A DNA stretch of 62,879 bases, filler included, from Globobulimina sp. (lineage: Eukaryota), in assembly GCA_003354225.1 (NCBI GenBank). It is 41 parts of 41 records of this genome, joined end to end, with 100 filler letters (N's around TTAATTAATTAA, not from the genome) between each part and the next. Parts side by side here need not be neighbours in the genome. Positions count along the whole stretch, not along the records: positions 12,297 to 13,733 come from PIVH01016696.1; positions 13,834 to 15,270 come from PIVH01016697.1; positions 15,371 to 16,807 come from PIVH01016698.1; positions 16,908 to 18,344 come from PIVH01016699.1; positions 18,445 to 19,881 come from PIVH01016700.1; positions 19,982 to 21,418 come from PIVH01016701.1; positions 21,519 to 22,955 come from PIVH01016702.1; positions 23,056 to 24,491 come from PIVH01016703.1; 33 more parts are not named here. One strand, written 5' to 3'. The translations under genes were made by a program, and so were the position numbers. The notes below the pieces were generated by a model. It saw only the letters and a program-made list of their open reading frames with translations. It searched no databases and was not told where the DNA came from. This document shows positions 12,197 to 24,725 of this stretch, piece by piece (position 1 is the first letter of the stretch; every line of letters starts with the position of its first letter).

Positions 12197-13833
12197 NNNN
12201 NNNNNNNNNNNNNNNNNNNNNNNNNNNNNNNNNNNNNNNNTTAATTAATTAANNNNNNNNNNNNNNNNNNNNNNNNNNNNNNNNNNNNNNNNNNNNGGCT
12301 GACATGGGTTATGGTAGCCGGGCGTCATTTGCACTAATTTGCCATAAGGTGGGTAGGATAAGTAAAAACGCTTGATAAGCAGTTCTTTTACCTCTTTATT
12401 GCAATCAAACATGGCAAGGAGCTATGCAACTCCCCGAGTTTGGGGGGCGGACGCACTCGCGGCGCGCAAGTCGTAGTGGGCGGAGCCAACTTATGGCGCC
12501 AACCAATAAGCAGCGCGCATTTACATGACATCATCTCTCGACAGCAGAAACTGCGTGAAGCTAATGCTCGAAAACGACTGGATCGATTGCAAAACGACTG
12601 CCATATTTCGATTCTCCGCCCTCGATAGTCCACTGCGGGCGCCAAAATTAAATATATTTTTAACAGAATCAAATAGAACGGCCACTCAAAAGTTGAGGAC
12701 AGCTAAGAAAAGAGGTTTAAAGCTCGTAAATAAATAGAAATATTACATGAAAACATGCACGGAGTGTAGTACAGAACAGTAGCTTCAAAATGATACTAAA
12801 AATATGCAAATTCATTAAAAATTCGAGGAAAATAGTGTGCACGCAGATTTTGCGGTAAATCGATTCGTAAGTTAAGTTTTGGTAAATAATTAATTGCCAG
12901 GCCATTTCTTAACATTTCGATCAACGGTAAAAAGTACTCGTTAGAACTAATCAACGGCGATAATTATGGGTGTTAAAATACAGGAAATAACAATTAATTA
13001 AGTATGAAAACAATGACCTAAAATTTCATTAACTTCTCCGATGCCGTCCAAATAGGAATTTATAGTGTATTTCAGTTCCAAACGTTAACAGGAATGATCG
13101 TAAACAATTTTAAGCACCAAAAACGAAACTAATTTGCATAATTAATTAATTTTCATAATTGCTTTATTTGCATATTTTCATGTTTTTCTTATCAGTTTTG
13201 AATGCCCGAGTTCATATTGAGTGAAATTAATAATCAATTCTCATTTTCATAAGAGAAAACAATGATTTAAAATTAATGACTAATACCACTACCGTATCTA
13301 CCGTAGGAAATCAGGAAATTAAACCTGATCGTGTCGAGAACAAGAAAGGGGCGGAGATATCGATTAGCACATATGCAGTTTACACCAGGCAGCTTTGGCA
13401 CCGCCCACATCGACAGGGTCGATAGCCGCCGAAACCCTATTAGACCTATTCCGATGCAATCGAAAGGTGTTTTATTGAATTCTACGTATGCGAAAACCTA
13501 TTTAAGCATAAAACTAATATTAGAAATGGTTGCATTAGAGCACTAGAAGGGATTATTTTCTATTACCATTGCCAAACAGCCGTGGTCACTTTTTCAAATT
13601 TGGATAAAGATTTCCTTCAGACTTGGAAAATGTATTTGTTTTCAGTCATGTTAAAACTGTACTGAAACTTACTTAGACTTATCTTTATTGGTATTTAACA
13701 GTAGAAGTTTGTTTTTTCCCCAAATTTACCCGANNNNNNNNNNNNNNNNNNNNNNNNNNNNNNNNNNNNNNNNNNNNTTAATTAATTAANNNNNNNNNNN
13801 NNNNNNNNNNNNNNNNNNNNNNNNNNNNNNNNN

Positions 13834-14379
13834 TCATTGAATAAAATATCAGATATTAAATATGATGAATATATTTATAAAACATGGCAAATATTTACAC
13901 AAAATAAAAAAAATATTATTATAAATATGCATTTATTAAATAATGATTTTCCCTCAGAAATATTAGGTTTATTGATGTATCCATTGGAAAGGGGTGTAAA
14001 TAAAGTATCAAATAATAATATATTTAAACCAGTCATATTATCATTGTTTACAAACTTAGAAAAAATCTTATTTTATACAACTGATTGGTATGATGATGCA
14101 ACATATCCATTTTTATTATCATCATTTTTTAGTTTATTTTGGGGAGATATTTTGTTTAAACATAAATCATTGCAAAGTATACAAATAAAAGCAACACATA
14201 AATATAAAGGATTTTATGGTGCGCGTGAGCATATTGGTCGTAGTTGGATTTATAATGAATATATTTCAATGAATAAAGAGTTAAATCAATTAAATCTAAC
14301 ACAATTTAAAATATCATTAAATATCACAACAAATTCAGAGGATAGGAAAGAAGATACATTATGTATTGACCGATTGTAA
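13834..14379 (+). CDS. Hypothetical protein, C-terminal fragment
   Basis: 180-aa open frame from the contig edge to TAA. Confidence 0.55.
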   Translation, partial: SLNKISDIKYDEYIYKTWQIFTQNKKNIIINMHLLNNDFPSEILGLLMYPLERGVNKVSNNNIFKPVILSLFTNLEKILFYTTDWYDDATYPFLLSSFFSLFWGDILFKHKSLQSIQIKATHKYKGFYGAREHIGRSWIYNEYISMNKELNQLNLTQFKISLNITTNSEDRKEDTLCIDRL

Positions 14380-14504
14380 TCTTAATTATTGTTCGGACTT
14401 TATGAATATTTATTCATTTTTTGATTGAATTTAATTTTATTTTTTTTATTCCAAAAAACGCCTATAAAAAAGTTTTATTTGACTAGATAATAAAATATCA
14501 AAAT

Positions 14505-14533
14505 GTGATAATTGAGATTTGAACCCAAATCTT
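14505..14533 (-). repeat. tRNA-derived repeat, 3' half (copy 1)
   Basis: Minus strand AAGATTTGGGTTCAAATCTCAATTATCAC matches the copies at 36326 and 54514. Confidence 0.6.
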
Positions 14534-15371
14534 ATTCCTTCATTCCTTCATTGTCCAGACACAGAAAACACAAAAATACAGAATACATAAAAAATAACAT
14601 AACATTTTAAAAATTTGCATGTTGTTTGCGGATACTTTGGCTGAAAGTGCACCAACTATAGCCAATAACTAATGTGATTGACTACAATGAAGCAAATCAA
14701 TCCATGACAAATACGCACTCAATCCACAAAGTCGAGACATGGACATTGTTCATCTTGGGGATGAACATAAATAGTTCAAAATAGCATGCATATGATACCA
14801 CGTGATGTTAATATAATTTGACAACAAAAAGGGTCTGTACCACTGGCATGTGTACATATCTTTCAATTATTCGAGCCTATATTGCTCTGCACTACTAATT
14901 TTTACACTAGTCTACAGTTCATATAAATTTAATTATAAACACAAAACAAAAAACACAAAAAACAAATAACAATGAATACAAGGAAACAAAAAGTAAAACA
15001 ACGTTCTAAGTATATATACAAAAATAACAAAATGCACAAATTATATCAAGAAATATTATAATTAATAAATTGTTATTTCTTTTCAAATATTAATAAATCT
15101 CGTCGGTAACCATTATTATCTTTCGACTCTTTTATTGACGTTTTAATTGTTTTATATTTAATACTGAATGAGTCGGAAATCAATGAATATACATAATAGA
15201 GCCAACTCCTTTTATTTCCCCTCCCTTCATCCTTCCATACGCCATACAATGAACATTTTATTTTATTTTTNNNNNNNNNNNNNNNNNNNNNNNNNNNNNN
15301 NNNNNNNNNNNNNNTTAATTAATTAANNNNNNNNNNNNNNNNNNNNNNNNNNNNNNNNNNNNNNNNNNNNT

Positions 15372-16652
15372 ATCAAATTCTGTATATTTGCAAAACAAAT
15401 TATCATCGAACCAAGCAACATTATCTATTCTGGATATCTGTTAATAAATGACAAGAATATTATATCAAATATTGGTAAAATAACATCCGAAATCAATGAA
15501 TTATACAATAAATCGAATTGTAATATCATACAATGTGATATATTATGTCCGGGATTAATTGATATTCATACGCATGGCATAGGTGGCGCTGACAATGTTG
15601 TATGGTATTATAAGAACCCACAATATACAGCATCCAGATTACCAATGTTTGGCACAACTTCATTTTTAGCGACAGTCGTATTTTCAAATGAAAATATGGA
15701 TAATGTAATATCAATGTGTTCCAATCAATTATCAGCATTTATCAATAATTATAACACACACAATTGCACTAATTATAAAGGTGCAATTTGTGAAGGAATA
15801 CATTGTGAAGGCCCCATCATTGCGGATTATGGCGGATTGCCAGATTCATCTAATACAAATGCATGGAATATGCAGCAATTTGAAGCATTTATCGATGCAT
15901 TAAATAATGGTGGAATGTATAAAAACGTTAAAATTATGACCATATCACCGTCCATTGATTATAAAGATAACTTTGAGCGAATCAAAGTATTACAGCAAAA
16001 AGGTATTATTGCTGCACTGGGCCATGATAAGCAATGCAATGAAGCAGAGATTCTTGGTGCTTTATCGTTATTTGATGACCTTCATATGACTCATTGTTTT
16101 AATGTACAATCATTTCATCATAGAAATGTTGGTTTAGCCAACTTTGCATTGACACCAACATTACCGAAACTGGTGAAATATAAAAATATTTCTAAAATGC
16201 CAAGCATTGAACTTATTGGCGATTTATGTCATATTTCGCCAATATTAATTGAAGCAATTTTAAAGTGTCACTCGCCAAATAATTTGGATCGTATTGTGTT
16301 TATCACCGATGGCATTGCTGAACCAGTATCGAATAAAGAATTATTTTATGAGAATAGATGTATCCATGTTGACAAACACGGTAAAACAGTTAAAAACGAG
16401 GACAATATATTATGTGGTTCTTGTTGTGATATGTTGACAATATTTAAGAGTTTGGTTAATATTTTTAATATCGAAATTGATAAAGCCATTGGAATGACGA
16501 GTACGAATGCTGCGAAAATATTAAAATTGCAGCATAAAATTGGTAGTTTGAGAGTCGGTACCAGAGCGGATATGATTTTATTGGATGGAAAGCTAAACTT
16601 ATTGACTACCATTGTAAACGGTGATATTGTATATAATAAAAACAATTCGTAA
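15372..16652 (+). CDS. nagA: N-acetylglucosamine-6-phosphate deacetylase (amidohydrolase), 5' partial
   Basis: PGLIDIHTHG, GIHCEGP, ALGH, THCFN, LIGDLCH, FITDG, GSLRVGTRAD; intronless frame from the contig edge. Confidence 0.9.
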   Translation: MKFCIFAKQIIIEPSNIIYSGYLLINDKNIISNIGKITSEINELYNKSNCNIIQCDILCPGLIDIHTHGIGGADNVVWYYKNPQYTASRLPMFGTTSFLATVVFSNENMDNVISMCSNQLSAFINNYNTHNCTNYKGAICEGIHCEGPIIADYGGLPDSSNTNAWNMQQFEAFIDALNNGGMYKNVKIMTISPSIDYKDNFERIKVLQQKGIIAALGHDKQCNEAEILGALSLFDDLHMTHCFNVQSFHHRNVGLANFALTPTLPKLVKYKNISKMPSIELIGDLCHISPILIEAILKCHSPNNLDRIVFITDGIAEPVSNKELFYENRCIHVDKHGKTVKNEDNILCGSCCDMLTIFKSLVNIFNIEIDKAIGMTSTNAAKILKLQHKIGSLRVGTRADMILLDGKLNLLTTIVNGDIVYNKNNS

Positions 16653-16940
16653 GCGGTGATATTGTAAACGTTTTTTTGTCCGACTTTCCTGCAGTTCAAT
16701 GTTACTGAAAGCAAGACGCAAAATACCAGTCTGATAAGGGGTTGTTCTTATATTGCGCAATAACAATTGAGACCTAGGACCTAGGTACCATGATATTGCA
16801 ATTAAGANNNNNNNNNNNNNNNNNNNNNNNNNNNNNNNNNNNNNNNNNNNNTTAATTAATTAANNNNNNNNNNNNNNNNNNNNNNNNNNNNNNNNNNNNN
16901 NNNNNNNGTAAGGCCTGTGTAACTTCGACGTGCAATATCA

Positions 16941-18329
16941 TCAAACCAATGACAGTGCCGTCACTGTCTCGTGTTTTAATAATGGCTGCAATGAGGACAC
17001 ATTTGTTATTAAGGAGAGACATAAAAATGATATGAATAATATCACAGAGCTGATAAATAACAATATTTCTGTCTCAATATAGGAAGTATTTGAATTATTT
17101 TTTGCTTTCACAAAAATTGATCCAAAATAAATATAACATAGCATTGCCAGACCATTTCCAACGCCTTCAATGATGGCAATATATGCTCCAAAGCTGACCG
17201 CATCCAACGCATATAATTTCTGCAAGAATGGCCCAAAAGTTACATAGAACCAACCCCAAATAAAAAACGTTAACATGACTGTATGTTTTATATGGAAGTG
17301 GTTCAAATTTTTAACCAGTAAGAAAATTAAAAATGAACCACTTAACAGCCACAGCAAACAAAATGAAATTTCCTATTTGAGGAAGCAAATAAAATGCGGA
17401 GATCCGTGCGCAATGAACCTGGAATCATGTCGAACATATCCACACTGCAGACATAGTACTTAAATTAATATCAAATATTTTTTAGAATTTGGTAGATTAT
17501 TTATACGTAACTGACTTGTTTGAGTTAATTGAGTTGGAATAGCAGGTTGCTTCGGTAATAATACACCATTTAAAATGGCTAAAAGTATAGAAAGAGACAT
17601 AACAAATGAGAGGAAAACAAAGAATGAAAACGACTGTGATATGATGCCAACCACAACGAAATACAATGTGGATATGGTCCATTGTGTGTTGAATATTGTC
17701 AAATATCTTTTTTTTTTGAGTGCTGCATGTTTTACACAGGCATTGCTATTTTGTGGCGAAATAAAACAGGAAATCATTGTGTTACTTACACCCCAATGGA
17801 TTTGGTATGTATTGAATATGAAACAAATGCCAACAGTTAACAGTATGTATGATGTATGGAAGGTGATGATAATAATTATGCCTATAATTTGCAATGATTG
17901 TACTACAAATATTAATATATTACATCGTAAGAACAATATATAGGGATTTATGAATACAGAGAGAATGGTACTTAATGTACTTATGCCTAATATTAATGTC
18001 AATGTTGTAAAAGGAATATGTAAATACATAAAAACACTAAATACACAAAATACTTTCACCAGCAATGCATTGATGGAGGATGTTATTAATAATAATATTA
18101 AATGCATATTTGTTAATAAATAATCATTCGAATGTGAATGTGATTTTTTGTTATCATGACTGGATTTTTGTGTGTTTGCAACATGATATGGACTGCATAT
18201 TACACCAATGCGTTTATTTGATGAATGATGATTTGTTGCAATTAAAAATGTGTCTGAAAATCCCGATGATTCAGTTGTTGATGAATGTTCTTTGTCTTCC
18301 TCATTCATATTATTTTCCAATTGTAACAT
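16941..18329 (-). CDS. Polytopic membrane protein, MFS-like; junction between the two ORFs unresolved
   Basis: About six hydrophobic helices in 17460-18329 and further helices in 16941-17357. Confidence 0.5.
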
Positions 18330-18503
18330 CCATAAGGAATGAAANNNNNNNNNNNNNNNNNNNNNNNNNNNNNNNNNNNNNNNNNNNNTTAATTAATTAA
18401 NNNNNNNNNNNNNNNNNNNNNNNNNNNNNNNNNNNNNNNNNNNNGGATTAACAAATTTCAACTGCTACACATTGAGTTGATGACTGATCACAAAAAAAGC
18501 CTA

Positions 18504-19881
18504 TTATAACACAACACAGTTTCTCTTTTTTTCATTATTTGCATTGTTCTTCTTTTTGCTCTCAACCTTTGTCGATTCTGAACGCAAACTTATTCCAGTA
18601 TACGTTTCATAACTTTTCGCCCACGATGGATGAAAATAAGCTGCACCTTTCGGATCCAACTCATTGCGTACTCTTATTTCACACGGTCCATTCAAAAACA
18701 ATTCCCGATCCACTCTCCAATCGAACAAACCCGCTCCTGCAGATTTATAAAATGGATTCAATTCAATGATAAATATATCATCAACAACCTCCTTCTTTTC
18801 ATCCACATCAATATCGTAAACATTATGTTCATCATCGAGCTCAATACCCAACATCAAAAAATCAATAACAAAAGAATCCATTGGTACATAATCTTTAATT
18901 TTACTGTTATAAAACTCCAAAATCCTTTGTTTTATCTCATTCTTTTGTCTCTCCAGACCTTTGAACCAAACACATGAAATATACTGAGTTACAGCATTTA
19001 ATTTTTTATTGTGAACAAAGCATCGAAATTCACCATGTCCATTCCTAGGAACTGCATCGTTCCATTTCCGTAAAGCAATACAAATATCCATATGTTCGTC
19101 GCCAAGTCGTAATGTTCCAGTAACATCCTCCAATGAACGGAAAGAGCGCGAAAAAGTATCAATTACATCCTGGCCACTGTGCATTTTCAATAACTTTGCC
19201 CTTGCTACGTAAGCAGCGATTATTGCCTCATTTATCTCAACAATGCCACCGTTCACTTTTGCTTTAAATTTATCCATTTCTGGGAAGAATAGGTTAGTTA
19301 CATATTCTTCATTGCCCTCATATTCATGAACATCTTTTGGTGAACGCGAATTAAATCTGTCATTGTTATTTGGAGTATGAACTATGAAATAAATTCAATT
19401 AATTTTTACAAAACTTTGCAAAGAAACCACATTCATTCCATTTTGCGTCATCAATTTCTTTATTCATTTTATTGATTAGACTTTGAATATCTGCATCTAT
19501 TTTATCTTTATTCTCATTATAATCGTCAATTGTTTTTGAACGCATATCTGGTGCTTTTTTTCGTAGTTGAGATTGAGTGTAACGGCAATATATTAAAAAT
19601 GAGTTGGCTTCAGAGGTTGTTACAGAAACGAATTTCGTAGGAAATGTGAATGTTTCTAATGCTTTGATATGTATCCATTTATCCAAAGTGAAAGCTTCTT
19701 TATATTTTTTCATTCTATATGCACTTACATCGTCTTTGGATATTCCACGTCTTAATATCTCTTCTTCTGATAATAATTCTTTTGAGATTAATTTTGTTCG
19801 CTCTTTTTTGTATGGATTATTTTCCTTTTTTTCTTCTTGTTTTGCTGCAATTGATTCAGTTGCTTGTTTATTCACTTTATT
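18504..19881 (-). CDS. CDC123/D123-like ATP-grasp protein, 5' partial, with C-terminal CaaX
   Basis: GFFAK/FNSRSPKD (intron 19357-19414), LRKW, EFRCFV, FVIDF, IIELNPF, GLFDW; ends KKRNCVVL-stop. Confidence 0.85.
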
Positions 19882-20150
19882 NNNNNNNNNNNNNNNNNNN
19901 NNNNNNNNNNNNNNNNNNNNNNNNNTTAATTAATTAANNNNNNNNNNNNNNNNNNNNNNNNNNNNNNNNNNNNNNNNNNNNTATTGCTTCTCTGTTTGAC
20001 ACTGGGAATGCATATTTGTGTTGTTGTATTTGCTGTGTTCATTTTTTTTGAATTATTATAGACTTTGTTGACTATTTTAAAAGGCCGGGAATTTTATTTC
20101 GAGTGACGTTTTTTTCCGCAAATTTGAATAACAAACAAGTCCATTTTGGC

Positions 20151-21418
20151 TCAACTCACTTTTGAAAACATTTGTTTGAGTGTGTTTATAATTGTATTTG
20201 TATTATCATTGTATCCGATTGCTAATCTAATCCAAACTCCATCACTTTTTATTTGCGGGGATGAATCAAATCTGGTATCACTACCTCCAAACGATGTTTT
20301 TATCTCAATCTTATATCCATTATTATTATCAATGTCCATTTTCATCCATTTACAAACATCTTCTTCTTTCTTAACCTTTACATTCCATTTTATTTTCATA
20401 AAAATAACAGACGGCCCATATCCTTTATTTGTAAAATATTTCTTTGCCATTTCATACGATTCATGCTCTTCCAACAATGGATATTTCACAGCCAAAATAC
20501 AATCACAGTCCTTAATAAACCGTGCAACTTCCAAACTAATCTCGGATGTTTTCCCAATCCGTTTATCCATTAATTTGATATTATCCAGAATCAATTTACA
20601 ATGATGTGGACTTACATGATGTCCATGGACACATATCCATAATTCCAATGCATCCATAAACTCCATATTATCGCTTAATATATTATAGAAACGGAAATAT
20701 AAAATCCGATTTGGTTTTTTTTTAATTATATAAAAAATACATATAAAATATAACATTGATTGTACAGTTATGATACCTTAATATTGCGCCAGCAATGCAA
20801 GTGCCGCCACTATAATATTTTGATAGAGATGTAATCACAATCAATATAGAATTATCTCTTTTGTTTGCTATACTGTGAAATGGGTTAAATATCGCAGATG
20901 TTAACCAGGTATTATCTGCAATAATATATAGTTCCTTTGACAATGATTCTAATTCAGCAATGATTGAATAATCGAAAATATAACCTGATGGATTGCTGCA
21001 TGTCTCAAAATATAAAATGTTTATTTTATTTTTTATATTATCGGATTTAAATAAATTAATCACTGATTTGGTATCAATTATGTCGAAGGAATAAAGCTTA
21101 AAATTGCAATATGTTTTGTTTAAATATTTGAATAATATTGGTACATCATCGTATAATTCGTTTGCATAAATTATATTCGTTTCTGAACAGAAGTTTGTTT
21201 TAATTAAAATGTTATGAAGAACTGTGCTGATTGCTGCCATTCCTGACGATGTTATTATACATTTCCTATTCATTGATTTAAATGACCAGCCATAACGGTG
21301 ACACATTGCACTCATTAAATCTGTCAAATGCACATGAACTGTTCTATTGTATTGGTATATATCATGCACTTTACTCAGTGATAATGATTCATTTTCTTTT
21401 TCTTCATTTTTAGATTCT
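20151..21418 (-). CDS. Cys/Met metabolism PLP-dependent enzyme (cystathionine gamma-synthase/lyase family), 5' partial
   Basis: YNR, SSGMAAI, ETCSNP, ADNTW, SLSKYYSGG (PLP lysine), TSFGG; intron 20674-20776. Confidence 0.85.
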
Positions 21419-21518
21419 NNNNNNNNNNNNNNNNNNNNNNNNNNNNNNNNNNNNNNNNNNNNTTAATTAATTAANNNNNNNNNNNNNNNNNNNNNNNNNN
21501 NNNNNNNNNNNNNNNNNN

Positions 21519-21786
21519 CTTTTAGTTGTTTATTATTGTCATTATCATCGATAGAGGATATTACTATAAATGTTATTATTATTAAAAAAAATTTTAAAGT
21601 CATAATTATCCCTTCCATTATAGTAATGGATGCATATCGTCGTTGATAAATTACTTTTTCTCGGTATATTGCAAATTTGTAAACATTGTAAATCAACATT
21701 GGACATAAAACAAATCCAAACAAAACAAATATCTCAAATGAGAACCAAAATTGAACAGAAGCAGGATCAAACAGTGATGGCGCCAT
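21519..21786 (-). CDS. Multi-pass membrane protein N-terminus (possibly 7TM/GPCR-like), partial
   Basis: Two hydrophobic helices flanking YREKVIYQRRY. Confidence 0.45.
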
Positions 21787-21829
21787 GACTGTGATTTGTG
21801 ACTCAACTCAAAAACTGAAGTGAATAAAT

Positions 21830-22333
21830 ATGTCAATTAAATCATGGTTTATCAAACGGAAACTCAAGAGATTAGCAACGTATTTATGTGCAATTTGTTT
21901 TGCGTTGACAGCGGTGGTTCTGGTGATCAGCGCAGTAATCACCAATCAGCTTTCAAAATTACCATTTAATGGAGATGATTATGTATATAATGACTGTGAT
22001 TCAACCACCAATGGAGTCTTATTCCTTTCTTTATGTGGTGGTTCAATTTTATTTGGTGTGATGGGGTGTTTTTGTATTGTTATAAAGAAAAGAATATCGC
22101 CATTCTTTTATCTAATTGCAACACTTTTATGTGTGGGTGCATTAGTGTCATGGTTAATTGTCGACGATTGTTTTGATTCAAATTTCAGTTCAAATGCTAC
22201 AACGATGCAAGTGTCAATGGTCATTATTTTAGTTGCTTCAGTTTGTTGGTGTTGTGCCTGTGTTATTAGCTCATTAAAGAAAAGTAGAAAAGGTGGATAT
22301 ACATTGATGACAAATGAAAATATAAACTCATAA
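21830..22333 (+). CDS. Small four-transmembrane Cys-rich protein
   Basis: Complete 167-aa ORF with four hydrophobic segments and juxtamembrane CWCCAC. Confidence 0.65.
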   Translation: MSIKSWFIKRKLKRLATYLCAICFALTAVVLVISAVITNQLSKLPFNGDDYVYNDCDSTTNGVLFLSLCGGSILFGVMGCFCIVIKKRISPFFYLIATLLCVGALVSWLIVDDCFDSNFSSNATTMQVSMVIILVASVCWCCACVISSLKKSRKGGYTLMTNENINS

Positions 22334-22418
22334 ATAATTTTAAACTCTTGTAAAATAATATTAATTAAATTTAATTAATTATTCTGAAAAACTGTGCTTA
22401 ATTCACTCAAAACAAACC

Positions 22419-22955
22419 ATGGCAGAGGAGAAAGATGAAAAAAAAATGGACGAAAAAGACGGCCATATACAGCCATTCCCAAACCCAAGACCCTCAATCT
22501 TACCCTCTTCAGATTTCGACCAAGATATTGCAAAAACAGCCGCAAAAAAATTACGTGAAGCAATGAAAGGATTCGGCACCAACGAAAGGAAAATAATCGA
22601 AGTCACCAACGGTTTCTCGCATGCTCAGCGCATGCAAATATTGGCCACCTTCAATAGCGAATATAACCGTGACTTAATAAAAGATTTAAAATCCGAATTA
22701 ACGGGGAAATTTGAGAAAATGTGCATTGGTTTTTGGATGGCCGAAGGCCTATTTGATGCACAACAAATTGACAATGCTGTGGAAGGCTTAGGTTTCAGCA
22801 CAAAAGTCTTAAATGAAATCATCTGTACACGTACTGACAAACAGATCGTCGCAATGCAGAAAGCGTGGTACAAAGTGATATCAATGGTGCAGAGAATAAC
22901 AAAAGAAACCACAAACTTGATTGGTTGTGGCAATTATTGCAATTTATTAGTGACC
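22419..22955 (+). CDS. Annexin, 3' partial
   Basis: LREAMKGFGTNE, DLIKDLKSELTGKFE, AVEGLG...LNEIICTRT. Confidence 0.92.
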
Positions 22956-23055
22956 NNNNNNNNNNNNNNNNNNNNNNNNNNNNNNNNNNNNNNNNNNNNT
23001 TAATTAATTAANNNNNNNNNNNNNNNNNNNNNNNNNNNNNNNNNNNNNNNNNNNN

Positions 23056-23474
23056 TCCTTTTTTTCACCATATAATGAAGGTTCAACTAAATCAATTTCT
23101 TGCAAAGAATTTGGTGAATTGCAACCGATATATATTGCTCTGTTACTTCGAGCAAATTTCGAATGAGCGTTGGCAGCTAAATATGAGGCAACTTCTCCAA
23201 TTAAATAATGATTTATTGTATCAATATTAATGTCGTCACTGGTTTGCTGATTGTCTCTTGTCTGAATAATATCTGATATGATGCCAACAATATCAATCAT
23301 TGTATTGTCTGATAGCATAGTTTTGGGAGTTGGAGACCATGAATTAAACAGCAAAGATGCGATGAATTTTGAGCCATGTAATTTGGATAATTTTGACATA
23401 AATTGGTCACATTCTTCATCTGTTAGTTCGTCAAACAAATACCTAAATCTTATTGCATTCACTAAAGCAGTCAT
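23056..23474 (-). CDS. Hypothetical protein, 5' fragment (F-box-like segment)
   Basis: Open frame from ATG; INIDTINHYLIGEVASYL...FARSNR resembles an F-box-like motif. Confidence 0.5.
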
Positions 23475-23500
23475 TGCCTAATCAAGGTTTGTTTTAATAT

Positions 23501-24491
23501 TCACAATTTTGATATAATGGATTTCAAAAATCTTTTAGTAAAAATATGTCTTTTCTCAGTTGGCTGTGTCATTGATATTAACTTATCAGCGGCATAAAGA
23601 CGAAATATGTTTGGCTGTGATTCAATGACAAACATATTTTCATCACGAATTCCATCAAATATTATCTTTCCAAATTGCTTGACAGATATTTGAATTTTGC
23701 GTATTACTTTTTTCAAATTGTGGGTTGACTCCAACTCCTCATATTTATGAGATATATTTACTAAATTATATGCATCATTATTTTGCACAAATGCGGGACA
23801 TAATATCTTTAGTTTCAAATCAAACATATTTGTATTTCTATTCTCCAAATCATCCAATAAAACATCAATTTCATATTTCATTATTTCACACAAAGAGTGC
23901 ACACAATATTTGCTTATACTGTATGCGGAATCGGGTAAACATACTGATTTCAACGAAGATGTGTTGAGAATGAAACATTTCTTATTTGTTGCAATATTTT
24001 CTTGAGACATCAATAAAGGCAAAAAAGAGCGAGTTACATATAAAACACTCCAGAAATTAAAATCCATCATTTCTTGAAATGTTTGATTATTTGCGGATGC
24101 ATTTTGTGTTAAAATGGTGGGAATATCGGTGATATCCAATGAGGAGGAAATAAAACAATCGATATTATTGAATAAAAATTGAATGCAATTCGTATTAAAC
24201 GTTGCTTTAATATTTGAGACTAAATTATTGATTTGATCCATATCTTTGAAATTTTCAATACAAAATGACTCAATTTTTATATCTTCAAATTGTGATTCCG
24301 ATTTCAATTTATTTTGCAATGAAAATAGTGCATCTTTATTTTGCTCCACATCAACAATGCCAACATTTATGCATTCCTCAGTAACACATTGAACTGCAAT
24401 TGCTTCGCCAATCGGGTTACAAGCTCCTATAATCACTGCAATGTAATTCGTAAAACTTGGTTTTATCACAGGAGAATTCGAAGAAGAAAAC
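23501..24491 (-). CDS. Short-chain dehydrogenase/reductase (divergent)
   Basis: VIIGACNPIGEAIA (degenerate Gly motif), LFNN, NFWSV, NTSS, YSISK (YxxxK), LCPAFV. Confidence 0.8.
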
Positions 24492-24725
24492 NNNNNNNNN
24501 NNNNNNNNNNNNNNNNNNNNNNNNNNNNNNNNNNNTTAATTAATTAANNNNNNNNNNNNNNNNNNNNNNNNNNNNNNNNNNNNNNNNNNNNATTATTTAT
24601 TTTACATTTTCCTAATTTTGCAAGCCTTGAGTGGCCTGTGCAGTAGCGTGTAAGTCAGCACGTTAGTGTCCTGAGCTCTGTAAGATTTGTAAAAATGACG
24701 ACGAGTTCGCAGAATACATAAAATA

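Noticed and set aside
12297-13733. Short ORFs in a compositionally different contig
   Set aside because: No recognisable protein motifs; probably non-coding or repeat DNA from another organism.
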